A DNA stretch of 64,000 nt from Amphiscolops sp. MND2022. Taxonomy: Eukaryota. Position numbers and translations under genes: made by a program. Below the pieces are notes generated by a model that saw only the letters and a list, made by a program, of their open reading frames with translations, was not told the DNA's origin and did no database searches. Each line of letters opens with the position of its first letter. Position 1 is the stretch's first letter. The stretch is taken from positions 8,682,001 through 8,746,000 of the forward strand of contig OZ076409.1 in NCBI GenBank assembly GCA_964187785.1. The letters are read 5' to 3'. Positions 13,101 through 28,100 of the stretch are shown here, piece after piece.

Positions 13101-16100
13101 ATTTGCTTTTTCTCAGTAACTGAGCAAGTGTTTGCTAATTTACTGTCCCATTTTAGTGACACAGTAGGGCATCAATAAAAACGCAAATAAAAGTATCAAT
13201 TAGCTATGAGTTCGTCCGGCATTTGAAAGAGAAAAGTTTTGCCTGCAAAATATTAACTGTTACAGAAGAAATTTTTATATCACAAATTTTTCAATACATT
13301 ACTTTTACGAATATTCGAACCTTTCGTGGTTTTTGAATGTTGGTTGGTAAAATATTTCAGGGCTAATCAATAAGCGCCTTGATGAGTCGTTTGAATGCAA
13401 TCAAGTTTTTTGCTCAATGTTGGTGTCAAACTGAAACTGGTTCTTAAAATCTCATTTTAATAATTAAATAATTGAATATCTCAAAGGTATCTTTTCGTGA
13501 ACGCTGTTAATTCTAATCAATATCACGAAATTTCTGACGACGAAATTTCTGACGACGAAATTTCCGCCTCTCGATTTTTTTCAGTTATGGCAATACTTGT
13601 CAAGAGCTTGAAGGGTCCTGTCTTTAAGTTTTTCGGCACTGCGATTTTTCCTCAAACAAATATCACGATCTTGGTTTTCTTTGATATTATCACATAAAGA
13701 ATAAAGTTTTCCGAGCACGAAAGACTCCCTTCGGGCATTTTTCGACTTTCTTTTGTTTAAAATTTTACTTAAATGCCTTGAGCATCTTTTGAAAAGTTTG
13801 AGCTTTTTGAGCCTTGAGCGGTGCGCCGACTTAAGACGTTCTAGTCTCCTTTGTTGATAATAAAAAACTCAAAAATCTTCACCTAACTACGTTTAGGCTG
13901 AACAATTTCATCTTTCACCCAAGATGTGTTACTAAGGATTGTGTTATTGGTGATGAAGTAAAGCTTTCTAAATTGTCGGCGCATTTTAGAAAGTGTGTCC
14001 GGTTATTACCGGCAATTTTTTGTTAGATGACAATATCAACACTGAATGGTCCACTTTTACATTCCTCACCCACCACACTCCTGCGGCCGCCGTGGCCCAG
14101 CATGCTTTATCCGAATTTTTGACGTTATATCGGAACTATAATGCGTTTTTCTACGGAGGAGGCGGAGGTCCCAAAAAAGCGCTACCATTTGTCTCAGTGC
14201 GCTATATCCGAACTTTTGACGTCATATTCGAAGTAAACAAAAACTTTGCATTTTTGAGCCTCAAGCGGGGCGACAACTTTAGACGTTCCCCTCTTGTTGA
14301 ATTGTCTTTTTCGTCGGCGCGTCATGAGTGAAACGCGACTATAATAGTGACTCTTTTTTTCAATTCACTCGAACTGACCAAAATAGTTCTACCAAGTTCT
14401 ACGAAACTTTAAAGTGCCAAATTGGATCATTTGGCCCAAGGAACTTAACCAAAAGGGTTATTCTTTTTTTCACCGCAACATACAATACCGGGCGAAACTA
14501 AAGTGCCCCCTTTAATTTTTTCGGCACTGTGAGACTTTTTCAAAAAAATTTTCACCAAAGGGTCCCCACTTCAATTTTTTTGATGTTTTGCGACAGAAGT
14601 GTTGAAAAATCTGAAAGTTTTCCCCTTTTTAGCAGGCCAGGGTTAGTTCGCTCCAACTTTTGGGTTTTTCGTGTACTGTAGAAGAGAATACTTGGCCCTT
14701 TGCAGTCCTTTTGCTATTTTTGAGCCTTAGATATGGCACCGACTTGGGCCGGTCCCGGCTTGTTAAATATTAAATTGACTCGATTCAGGCGAAGGAGGCG
14801 CGGGTCCTCCGCAACAGATAAAAGTGGAAGTCATCATTCCGGAGCTGTCCAACAAAATGGTCATCAGAATCAGTCCGGTGCTCACCTGCAAGGACCTGCT
14901 CAACATCGTGTGCCACGCCAAGAAGCTGGACAGGGGCACCCGGGAGATCCGACTGGCCGATCCCTCAGCGCCCCTCGAGGGGGGAGTGATCAACTCGGCT
15001 GCCAGTTCCCACGGCGTGGACAGTTCCAGACTGGTTGTCACTGTGGGCCAGTCTTTTGTCGTGTGTCCAAGTATGTAGTACAACTGATGCCAATCAATTA
15101 CTAATCATAATAAAATGGAGGAGTTGGACTTTGTCTGGGCTATTGACGTCATGTTCGCGCTTGAATTTCATTGGACACGACAATTTACGGCATCGAACTG
15201 AAGCGATCCGTATTTCTCATCCAATCAAAAAAGTCTGGAGTTGAAGAAAGAATTAAACGTCGTAATTAAACGACCTTTTTGTGTGTGAAATTAAACTAGC
15301 TTCGCCCTGAATGCTGTAAGGTTTGTTTCACAACTCTGGTTTTGGTTTTCAAACTGTTGTTTGTTCAGTGGTCGAATCAAAAACAGAGTTTAATCAGAAC
15401 TTTTGGTTACAAGCAGGCATGGCCTTTGGTCAGGGAGACTTGCTAGTCCTACTAATCCATCATACTTTTTCCTAAATGACTAGTGCCATTTTTAGTCACC
15501 GCTTTTTTTAAATGACTATAAACAAGTCTTTTCGTCAGTTTTTTCGATACACCTGATCTTTCCTGATGGTAGAATAAGTTCTACCATACTTCTATCAGAA
15601 GAGTTCTTCATTTTTTCGTATACAGTCAAACTCGGATAAAAGAAACTCAGAGGGCGGTGAGAAAAGAGTTTCTTTTATCCATAGTTTCTTTTATCAGTTG
15701 TCCTATTAACGTAGAAAATTCGACTTGCATAAAATCGGAGGAGTGAAAACGTTTCTTATATCCATAGTTTCTCTTATCCGAGTTCGACTGTACTTTTTCC
15801 AAGTGACTCGTATCATTTTTCATTGTGCGCTTTAACAGAAATGTGTTCATTAAGCAGGGTTTTTTTGATAATGCTATTTTTTGCTAATCGCTAAACCGCT
15901 AATGTCAAAACTTTTTCTTCCAAATATTAAATGTTTAACTTCAAATATGTTTTGAAATTGAATGATAACTTAATTCAGAGTTTACTGAAAAATGGCAAGA
16001 GCTTTTCTTACTATGTCGATTTTACACAAGTTTTCAGAATTCATATCGAGTAAATTTTGAATTTAAACAGTTTATTGGTTGCCGCTAATTTCAATCGCTA

Positions 16101-19100
16101 ATAAAATTGCTGAAAAAGTTCTGTGCGGCCGCTAATTCGCTAAATCGCTAATTAGCGGTGTCAAAACTCTGTTTTTCTACAAAAGTGTTCACAATTTAGC
16201 GATACTAGAAAGTATCGTGGCATTAATACAAGAATTGAATTTCCAAGAACAAATGATCCTCAGTTTAAACTTACTTTTTTGAGCGACAATTGGTTAAAAT
16301 TGTATAACTTTTCCCTGCCCTTGTAAATATAGTACTTAATTGGTAGCAAGACAAACGCCTCGGATTCGAATTTTTATTCGGTAAATTTTTGCTCTTTATT
16401 TTTTAGGACTCGGAAAAAATTTTTGACTACTTCTGAAAGCGTACCTTTTTTCTCCCGACCTTTCAATGAAAATATCAAATTTCTCAAAAACTGTACATAC
16501 TTTTTTTCTACAAATTTTAGCAGTCATTATAGACCCCAAGGTGCTTCTGCGTGCGCAATGGCATCAAAATCGTATAACTCGGATCTGAGAAACATAGCCA
16601 AAATTAGTCCGAAAATGGCGAAAAAACGGCCATTTTTGGACTTTTTTGATTTTCTCAAAAACTGTCGATACGATGCGAACGAAATTTTTTTGCAATCATT
16701 GTGCACCATGATAGGGTCCTATGTGTGCAATGGCATCAAAATCGTATGTCTGAGATCTGAGAAACAGCCAAAATTAACCCAAAAATGACCAACTAACAAA
16801 GTAGTTAAATTGTTTTCAATATTTTAATCCGTTTCCGACTCCTTTACCATACATGAGGCTCTGGTTTTTTTTGCTGAACTATACTTTTTCGAACTTTCTA
16901 AACAGTGGTTGGATTATTGACCTGACTTCGCTACAAAAGCATCCCATTCTAAGAAAACGGTCGAAAAAAATGAATCAGTTGTATTCAAACAAAATATTCT
17001 GGGCTACATGATTTACCTGACAGTAATTAGTTTCATTATTTTTTATTCACTTCAGTAGACTTTATTTCTCAGTTAAACCTGCAAAAGTCATTGAACAAAA
17101 TGAAGCTTGTTTGCAGTTTTGGGCGAAAATCCTTTCCTGATTTGGTTGAAATGTTCTTCGTATTTGGGTAATCAATAGTTTTCACGTTTTGAAGCTAAAA
17201 TTCTTCTCGCTTGAACTAAAGTTTTATGCTTTTAAGCAATTTAAAGACTTGTTTTCGAACAACAGCTAAGTTATTATCTAAGTCCCGTTCATTGACTACT
17301 GGTCTTTGTTTCTCAAATTTGTTATTGCTTTGCCAAGTTTTGAAAGCCGGCACAAATGAAAATTCGCAGAGAAGGTTTTCTTGTCAAGAATTACCATGTT
17401 TGCAATAAAACAGGAGTGGAAAGTTGGTCTATAGAAACTACAGGTTTCACTCTTTATACACGAGTCTCCCTGTTACATATTACCCCCGTTATTTTCTAGT
17501 GTTGCTTCTGAAAGCTTTTTTCACCTGTTTTGTATTTTTGCGCTATTTACAATCAATCGCTTTGGTAGTTTCTTGTAAGTTTGAGTAGTATCTTGAGTTT
17601 CTGTAGAATTTGTTTTATAAGCCGTGAATTCCTCAATATTCTTGCAGAAACTTTATATAGAACAGGGGGGGTTGTTCGTTGATGATTGCTTCTCAATGCA
17701 ATGCAAGGTAAGATTAAAGTTATCCCAGCGAATGTCACCTGGATAAAGTTTGCGTGTTGGGAGTAGTTGTGATAACTTTGGCAAAGAAACGGTTGTTTAA
17801 TACTGTTAATACCCGTGCCATTTGCTCACTGTTTAGGTTACAGGCTGTATGGCTTTGCACAGACTAATCCCCCTCAGTCTTGAATTCCCAGCGAGAATCG
17901 GCGGGAAAGTGTTCTTCCTGTCTAATTGGCAAAAGACAGCAGCCGCAGACTGTTACGTGATCAATATATTGATCACGTGACCAAATTACCTTGCTTAGGT
18001 AGTTCACCTGTGCTGCTTTCCGCTAATTTGCCGTCTCCATTGCGCAATAGACTGGGAGAAGTTTGAGCAATGTTTGGGGTTGTTAAGTCTCCTGTTGCGT
18101 GTTTCGAACCCATTTAAATCAATTTCATGTTTCAACTTCTTGTCCGATGAGTCATTCAACTCGTCAGCGTTTCTCGCCTTTTGTCCGTCCGATTGTGCAA
18201 TGTTATCTGGTGATTGATTATTGCGCAAATTATTGCGACAGTGAAGTCATGTTTTGAAGAGGAGGACTGTTTAATCACTGATTGGTATCGACGATTGTGT
18301 CATACCACTATTTGTTTCGTTTTATTCATCTTTCCATATTCATGCTTTCTATCTGTCTCTTTGAATCTACATAACGATGTTTCATTGCTTTTTGTTCGCT
18401 AAAAAGACACGGTTAAGACGTACAGACATGATTGTAAAAACTATCAGTAATTGTCAAAAAACACTGAAAAAAATATCCCAGAGGCTTCTATGCCACATGA
18501 GAAAAATTGTGCTACCAGTAAATTTGTTCATGGTAATACAAATAAGTGTTAATGAAAATTGGTTAGCCTTCAAAAATGAAAAGTTTTATCGGTTCAGTCG
18601 CTTGAGATAAATGCATTTTTATTGTCCAATATTCAAATATACATATTTTATACAGTCATGATTTTAAGTAGTCAATCACAAAAGTATTCTATTGTGAAAC
18701 AAGCGATCAATTGTGTTTTGTAGGTGTCAAACGGTTGTGATATACTTTTTTCAATGTTCCGCCTCACAATTTATTGTGTAGGAGGAAAATCACGGCTCTT
18801 TTCTGTTTTTCCCCCACCACCAAATTTTTTGAAAATAACTTTCCTTAAAACCTTAAGACTAGCCTAATTAAAAGTAAAACCTTCTTCCATAACAGGAAGT
18901 TAACTTCTATTAGAGGAGTTTTCCGCTGGAACAAAACATTGTTCACACATTTTGACTATAATCATGTTCGTATTAAGTGTTTATTGATGACTCAAAACAG
19001 GAAGCTCTTGATTTCTTCATCAAAAATTCGTAACATACATAAAGAAAAAGAGTGAACAAAGTTTGTTTCTGAATCCTAAACTGTCACACTAAGAATGAAT

Positions 19101-22100
19101 CTAAATTTGAAGCTTTCTGGTTTGTATTCAAGTCTATTTGCTATAAGATTTTCACTTATTCTCCAAAAAAAATTTGGTGGTGGGGGGGGGGGGGAACAGA
19201 AAAGAACCAAAATCACAATCTATGTAGCGTTTTTCCAAACTCTGCCAAATCTCCACTTTGTTACTCCATTTAATATTTAGTATGGATATTTTAGTCACCG
19301 TGGCCCAGTTAGTAGTGCGTCCGCCTGGCAGCCAGGAGGGGTCGTGGGTTCGAACCCGGGCTGGAGCCTGAAATTTTTGTGTTGGAAAGTCTTGTTCCCA
19401 TCTGTTTGTCTGTTCCTCTAATTGTATGCCTTTCCAAATCATTTGTCTGTCTGAAATTCAGGGCCTCCATAAAAATATTTTTTTAGTGAAATAATTGCCA
19501 TAAATAAATTTTTTCATGTAACTAATTATGGAAATAATTTATTTTCAGACCTTTAATGTGGAAGTAAATTACGCAACGTGAGCAATAATTTTGGCAATAA
19601 TTGTACTTTTATTTTTGTCATGTTTGGGGTATTCCTCTCATCAGACGCATGACGCAGTAGTTTGTTTATTTTGTGACGTATTGTATTGCATCTACTACTA
19701 CTACTACTAAAAGACTTTATTCCCTTCGATAAAAGGCATATTAGATAGTTATGAATGGTATTTACAAACGATGTCATTCAGCGTGAAAAATTAAGAACGA
19801 CAGATGCTACAAAAGCATTTAATAAACCATGAGCAGCTTCGATCCAAGTTGAAAGAGGGCACACAACTATGAAGATAGACGTTTACAGAGGACTTGAAAT
19901 TATCGCAAGATTGAGTAATGTCAATGTTTCTTTCGGATAAAAAATTGGACCATTGGCAGACACGTTGAAAGTAAGATTGTCTGGATGTGAACTTGTTGCA
20001 TTTCAAAACTGGGGTTAGCAACTGGCAATGGGAAGTTCGGAGATTTCTGACATTCGAGCTGAAACATATGAAATTTTGAATGTTTAGGTCGTATTTCCCT
20101 TTGATAGACTTGTTTAGGAAAATTAGGTCTTGAAGTACAGGATAAAAAGATATGGGCAAGGTACGTGTTCGCGAGAGTTGAAGATTGTAGTCCCAGAGAC
20201 CGGTGACCCAATATAAACATTTTCTGTTGAAAAGTTCTAGTTGTCTTCTTTGACTAATTGAGGGGTACCAGATTTGGGAGCCATAGAGAAGTATACTATG
20301 GACACAGAGGCGGTAATATAGAAGTTTTGTGGCGACAGAGACATTATGAGGGATCGTGCGTTTCAGAAATTGAAAAGACTTGCGAGCTGCCACTAACTTC
20401 GCCTGGATGTGACTTTTCCATGATATTGAGCTTTGGACATGAATACCCAAGTCTTTGATGCAGTTGACAATAGGAATTTCATTTCCGTCCAACGTGACAG
20501 TAGCACTTGATTTATTTAGCCCATCAAAGTAGAGACTTTTGCATTTATCAATATTGAAATACATGAGATTTTCTGTGGCCCATATCTGAAAGTTGACAAT
20601 GTCATGTTGTAGGTCAGGAATGGATCCAGATAGTAATTTGCTATCATCAGCAAACAGGTAACACGACGATTTTGTGATGTTGTCGGGTAGGTCGTTAATA
20701 AAAATGATAAAAAAGAGTGGTCCAACAACGCTTCCCTGCGGCACTCCGCTGGTTACTTTTGACAACTGTGATAGAACACCGTTGACAGAAACTTGCTGGA
20801 ACCTTGAGGAGAGATATGATTGGAAAAGTTCGAGGAAATCACTATCGAATCCAAAGTCAGCTAGTTTGTGAAGGAGGAGGTGATGAGGGACAAGATCAAA
20901 AGCTTTCCGAAAATCAAAATAGACAGCATAGCTGGGAATGTTTGAGTCCTTTCGATTATAGAGCTCATCTAGAAACGGCAGAAGCTGGGTTACTGTTGAC
21001 CGCTGTCTCATGAAACCGTGTTGTTCGGAGCAAACTTTTTTCCTCACGTGGGAATAGATATAGCGGAAGATTAGCTTCTCGAGTATAATTGACAGCTGAG
21101 GTAGAATACTGATAGGGCGATAATTTTCGACACTTTCGGGATCATCTGATTTGTAAATTGGTGTTATGGTTGAACACTTCCAGAGACATGGTCACTCTTT
21201 GGTTTTGATAATCATTTCAAATAGTTGTGTGACTAATGGTGCTAAAATATCTGGGCAGCGATTGAGGAGAAAGGTTGGGATTGGATCGGAGCTTCTACAG
21301 CTAGTTGAGGCCTTCAACAACAGTTCGGAAACTTCATTAATGTTAATTTTAAAATTGCGCAAAAAGATTTCAGGGTTTTGCGGAATAGGTAATGATGTAG
21401 AGAGACTCGTTCCATAGATAGAGCAGAAAAAAGAGTTGAAGAGATTTGCTATTGTTTTGCTTGAATTAGCAGATAAGTTTTGCCAATGCATTTGGTTCGG
21501 TAACAGATTTGAAGAGAAGGAGCGTAGATATTTGAAACAGGTACGCGTTGAATGCGGATAAAGGCTGTCAATTAAAAGAGTCTTGTCTAGCTCAATAGAC
21601 TGGTTGGCATCTTCACGGAGTTTTGAGATATATTCAAGATTATAGTTGTTTTTGACGGCAGTACGTAACTTGTTCAGCAAGTGGATTGTATACGAAGAGT
21701 AATAATAGGGAAACTGCATCCGGCGAGAAGTTTTCAAGGAGCAGGATTGAACGCAGGCATCGAAAATTGTTCTATGCCATAGCTCGAAATATTCTTCCAG
21801 AGTTGTTGAATACATGTCCGAATTGGGACAAGACAAGAGTGTGTAGAAGTTTGGAGAGGCTTTCATTGAAATGTGTCTTCGAGAAAGAAGACATTGAAAA
21901 ATTGGAAATAACCTCAGTAGTAGGTTCAGTCAGGGGTGATGGAATAGTGAAGAGAGCGAATACAGGATAATGGTCTGAGTATAAGTTCCCATCCACGAAC
22001 ACTGTAAAAAGTTCCGGAGAGGTAGATAGAATAATATCCAGAGTGTTTCCCGATATATGCGTAGATTCAAACACAAGTGGGCACAGATTAAGACTCTCCG

Positions 22101-25100
22101 CAACAGCTAATAAGGCTTTAGAATAATCAGATTTAGCAGTGATAGTTGCCCAACAAACGTCTTCAAGATTCAGATCACCTAACACAGTGAACGAATTAGT
22201 GGGTTGGTCTTGGAAGTGTTTATGACAGGTAGTAATGCACGCGCTGAGTTCGTCTGCTTGGATTCTGTAAGGAGATTTGGACGGAGGGTTGTACATCAAC
22301 AAGAACAAGTGGGAGCTTTCTCTAGCTAGGAAAGAGACTGCGACAGAGTAGTCGTTGAGGGTTTTAACTTGAGAGTAGTTCAAAGCAAAAGTTCTCTTCA
22401 CAGCAATAAGGACACCATCGTGTTCTCCAATGTCACGATCTTGTCGAGCAATGACGCGATAATTGGTTCTCAAAGGAAATACTTCTGAGTTAGAAATGCG
22501 ACTGTACAACCACGTCTCTGTTAAAAAAAAAAGAATATCGGGTGAATGCAGACTCAAGAACGTGAGGAATTTCAGGCGTTGTTGTAAACTTATGAGACTT
22601 TGCACGTTAACAAGGCTTGCTTTCAGTTGATGTCATTTCTGGAATTCAACCTCGTCACCATTTCTCAAAAGTTTCAGTCCTCTGATACGAAGCTCCTCAC
22701 GGGGGACTCCTTCACTGATCAGCTGATAGCGTTTTTCAAGAAGTTTGCGTTTAGTGGCCTGGTCATCCTTGCTGAGTGATTTGGAAATGAAAATTTTGGA
22801 TGGGTAATTCTTTAGTTTGTAAGCTCTTGATAAGCATTTTCTTACGTCCCATTCTGATGAAAAGCGAACAAGAAGAGGCCTTGGTCGGGTTGATTCTTTC
22901 TTGTATTGCCCGAGTCTTCGTGTATTTTCGATATTGAAATTGGAATTATCAAGGTATTTTAGAACATCTTGTAGTTTGTTGTTATCTGCCTCAATAAGGC
23001 TGTGTGCGTCACCTTTTTCCTCCATAAGACCAGTTATAACAATTTCTCTAGAGATTGCACTCTGAGTTTCGTGACTTTTTCCGGGTTCTAAAGGGGTTTT
23101 TAGAGTGGCTTTCATTTCATCAAGGGTGTTTTGAATGTTTTTCATGGTATTTTTTACTGTTTGATTTGTAATTACAGAAGTGTACTTAGCTTCGGAATTG
23201 AAGACGTTGTCGTCGAGGCAGGCATTGCACATCCAGAGACAACCGCTGATTCTCCCCAGAGTGGTGACATCTTGCTCGGAAAGACCAACACATGTACCAT
23301 GATACCAAGTAGAACAGTTGTCACACGCTATGCCAGTTTTGTCGACTTCTTTCACGACCTTTTTGCAACTTCCACATTTGGAGGATGATGTTGATGTCGT
23401 CTTGGTTACCATCACAACCGGAAACTATTTAATAAGTTTATCACAACAATTAGGCTTACAACAATTGAACGCATCATCCAATCAAAATTTGTACACTACT
23501 AAATTGTCAAGCATGTACAAGACTTTTTGGAACGCTGAACTTGTATCAAAAATTTTGTGATTTTTTTGCCAATTTACAATTATTGCAATTATTTATTTTT
23601 AACCAAGATTTATGGAAATACTCATTTCATAGCTTAGTTTATGGAAATAATTGAGAGAACATACACCATAATATGGCGATTATTTTTACGGAGGCCCTGC
23701 TGAAATTGCTCTGATTCTGAGTTGGATTACATGATATGGTGTCATCTCAGTGGAAAACAGCGCGTATACATTCAATGTTTAATGAATGTTTCAGTCATGC
23801 AAAGGTCAAATTCGCCCTCAGCCAGGGGCAACTTCAATCAGCACCCTCAGCAACAGGTAGCACCCTCTTCAATGGGAGCCCCACCTCCCGTGCAAGTGAC
23901 AATCTCCACCCCCAACACGCCCCTGACTAGCACGAAGGAGAAGAAGAAGAAACTGTCTTTCTTCAACCTCATGAAAAACAAAAAGACCTCTTCTAAGGTA
24001 ATACCCTGGTCGAACTCTCTCCCATCTATTTCTTGCACGAATCTCGCAGCAGTTGAACATATCAGACATTATCCGCAAGAATCTTGCAAGTATCTTACAC
24101 TTCAGACACTTTCTTGTGTCGTTTTCTGTTCGTTTTTGCGATCGCTGTTCTCAACTGGCCCTTTTTAGACCCAAATTTTCAAACAAAAATCTGATTAAAA
24201 CTTTTAAATCATGATGAATATCTCCACAACTACACATACCAGAGAAATGAACTATAGCGCGTTTGAAAGGCCTGGTACTGGGCTTTTATTTGGTAAGGTG
24301 AGCCCGCGGGGGCTTGTAGTAACAACATCATACCATTTGCTTTTACTGCACAAGGTCTTGTTGCAAAAGGATTTGGGGTTGCCTTTTTTTATGGGTCAAG
24401 GACTTTTGAGAAAACTGGATTTTGCCAAAAAGGGAATTTTGGAAAAGTATAACCTTTTGCAAGAAAAACCCATTTTTCGCAGCTTTGCAGAAAAATTCAC
24501 TTTTGCTAATATTTGCCGTTCAGAACTGTGCTGGATCCCAAGTTGCAAAAAGGTAGGTTGCTTTGAAGTACCGCTAGGTTGATTAGGGTTGATTTCTGCA
24601 GACAGAAGTGGATTCCAGTGCGATTCGATCTCTGCCCCATCGAGATGCTATCCAGAAAGAGGCCAGAAGACGGCTGAGACAGAGTCCCTCTCTGGACGGA
24701 GTTCTGGACGAGCAGCTGGAACGGCCTCTGTCGGTGCCCCACTTCGGCAGCAGTCTGGACATCAGCAGCAGCAGCACACAGCCGGCGCCCCCTCTAGACT
24801 CTGGCTCCAAGGGAGGTGTATCTGCAGAGTGCTCCACACTTCCTTCCAGAGACAGTAGCACCCATTTGGGAGCACCCACCAGTCACAGCTCTTCTAACTT
24901 ACATTCCTTCAAACAGGTTCAACATTCAAACATTCTTCATGTGCAATTCAACTAGCCCAACGTTATACATTCAAGGAAACAAAAAAAACTACCGACAAAA
25001 AGAACATCGTGGACGTTTTGAACTGATTCAATGTTCATAATTGTCTCGAAAACCTCTCTAAAACTTGCCGGGGGGTTAAACGAGAGAAAACTGAAGTTTA

Positions 25101-28100
25101 AAATCTTTACCATCGTTTTTAGTCAGCGCTTTTGAATAAAAGTGCCCGACTCTTTCAGTGGGTAGTTTTTTAGACGCTTAACATCCACTTTTTTGTTCAT
25201 TTGTTCAACAACTTGAACTACGGAGGCTCAAAACACTCGAACCTCAGAAGCTCGTCCAGAACAAAAAAAAACAAAACCGACGTCCAGAACCTCGAAAACT
25301 TACTTAGGATCCCCCTTTGGCTATCTTGGTGGTTTTTACTTGAATTTCTTCGGCACTCTGGGATTTGGTTTGAACCAAAGGGTGCCCCCTTCATTTGTTT
25401 CGATATTTTGCAACAGAATGGATGCTAAAAAATCCCAAAGGATCCCCTTTTACATTTTCGGCAGTGACACCGTTCAAAAACCTCATTTTTGATTTTTTCC
25501 GAATTTTTTTCAAAGACTCCCAATGGTCCCCTTCATTTTTTAATATTTCTGCTTTAGCAGGAATATTATTGTAACCTCAAACTTTCTACTTTTTTTTTCA
25601 GTACAAATATTTCGGACGATCTGAATAATTCAGATATTTTGTTCGGCAGTGAGTGTAAGCGTGGGAAAGCTGCCGACAACAATTCAATTCTAGTGCGATG
25701 GAACGAGCGAGTGGTAATTATCCATTCGTATGCTGACGTCATTGAGATGAAGCGAGCGAATGTTCGTAATTGTGCTTTCGTTGCCCCGAGTTATTGAGAT
25801 GAAGCGAATGAGTGTTAATTTTTCGTTCGTTGAGAGCTTCGCCTGCATACAAATGCGAATGCGAAACTTCGTCTACGCTTGGTAGTTATATTTTTTTTTA
25901 GTCCGAGAAGAATTAAAGGCGGTGTAAACTTGTACCGTGATTACAAGTAATTGTGCGCTAAATAATGATTGAACAGGAGTTTATTGATATTCCAGATATG
26001 ATTCTATTATTGAAAATGAAAGATAGAAGGGAGTGTGTTGATATTCCAGATATGACTTTATTATTGAAAATAAAAAAGGAGTGTAGCGAACATTCTACGT
26101 CTGATTGGAAAATTGTTTTGAATAACCGGCTTTTTACCATTGTTAACTTCCATAGGGGATAAGTTCTCTCGGTTTGAAAAATTGTTGATTATTTCCTGCA
26201 TTTTAGCTTTTCAAATGTCTTTAACTCTCAAAATGGCTTACTTCAGTATACTTCCATAGGGGATAAGTTCTTTCGGTTTGAAAAATTGTTGATTATTTCC
26301 TGCATTTTAGCTTTTCAAATGTCTTTAACTCTCAAAATGGCTTACTTCAGTATACTTCCATAGGGGATAAGTTCCTTCGGTTTGAAAAATTGTTGATTAT
26401 GTCCAGCATTTTAGTTTTTTAAATGTCTAATTCTCAAAATGGCTTACTTCAGTATACTTCGATAGGGGATAAGTTCTGTCGGTTTGAAAAATTGTTGATT
26501 AGGTCCGGCATTTAAGTCTTTAAGTCTCAAAATGGCTTAGTTCAGTATACTTCCATAGGTGATAAGTTCTGCCGGTTCGGAAAATTGTTGATTATGTCAA
26601 GCATTTTAGGTTCTTATTTGTCTTTAACTCAAAATGGCTTACTTCAGTGTACTTCCATAGGGGATAAGTTCTCTCGGTTTGAAAAATTGTTGATTATTTG
26701 CAGCATTTTAACTTTTCAGATGTCTTTAACTCTCAAAATGGCTTACTTCAGTGTACTTCCATAGAGGATAAGTTCTGTCGGTTTGAAAAATTGTTGATTA
26801 GGTACAGCATTTTAGTTTTTTTTGTCTTTAACTCTCAAAATGGCTTACTTTAGTGTACTTCTATATGGAATAAGTTCTGTCGGTTTGAAAAATTGTTGAT
26901 TATTTCCTGCATTTTAGCTTTTCAAATGTCTTTAACTCTCAAAATGGCTTACTTTAGTGTACTTCCATAGGGGATGGGTTCTGTCGGTTTGAAAAATTGT
27001 TGATTATGTTCAGCATTTTGGTTTTTTATTTTTCCTTATTTCAAAATGACTCACTTTAGTGTAATTCCAAAGGTGATAAGTTCTGTCGTTTCTAAAAATT
27101 GTTGAATATTTCCAGCATTTTAACTTTTCAATTGTCTTTAACTCTCAAAATGGCTTACTTTAGTGTACTTCCATAGGGGATAAGTTCTCTCGGTTTGAAA
27201 AATTGTTGATTATGTCAAGCATTTAAGTCTTTAACTCTCAAAATGGCTTAGTTCAGTATACATCCATAGGGGATAAGTTCTGCCGGTTTGGAAAATTGTT
27301 GATTATGTCAAGCATTTTAGGTTCTTATTTCTCTTTAACTCAAAATGGCTTACTTCAGTGTACTTCCATAAGGGATAAGTTTTCTCGGTTTGAAAAATTG
27401 TTGATTATTTGCAGCATTTTAACTTTTCAGATGTCTTTAACTCAAAATGGCTTACTTCAGTGTACTTCCATAGAGGATAAGTTCTGTCGGTTTGAAAAAT
27501 TGTTGATTAGGTCCAGCATTTTAGTTTTTTATTTGTCTTTAACTCTCAAAATGGCTTACTTTAGTGTACTTCTATATGGAATAAGTTCTGTCTTTTTGAA
27601 AAATTGTTGATTATTTCCTGCATTTTAGCTTTTCAAATGTCTTTAACTCTCAAAATGGCTGACTTCAGTATACTTCCATAGGGGATAAGTTCTGTCGGTT
27701 GGAAAAATTGTTGATTATGTCCAACGTTTTGGTTTTTTATTTTTCTTTAACTCAAAATGACTCACTTTAGTGAACTTCCATAGGTGATAAGTTCTGTCGT
27801 TTCTGAAAATTGTTGAATATTTCCAGCATTTTAACTTTTCAATTGTCTTTAACTCTCAAAATGGCTTACTTTAGTGTACTTCCATAGGGGATGGGTTCTG
27901 TCGGTTTGAAAGATTGTTGATTATGTTCAGCATTTTGGTTTTTTATTTTTCTTTAACTCAAAATGACTCACTTTAGTGTAATTCCAAAGGTGATAAGTTC
28001 TGTCGTTTCTAAAAATTGTTGAGTATTTCCAGCATTTTAACTTTTCAATTGTCTTTAACTCTCAAAATGGCTTTCTTTAGTGTACTTCCATAGGGGATAA

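Noticed and set aside
16900..18700. Possible decayed coding element (also 37020-37400 and 61900-63500)
   Set aside because: Looks like old transposon debris, but I could not recognise a diagnostic motif.
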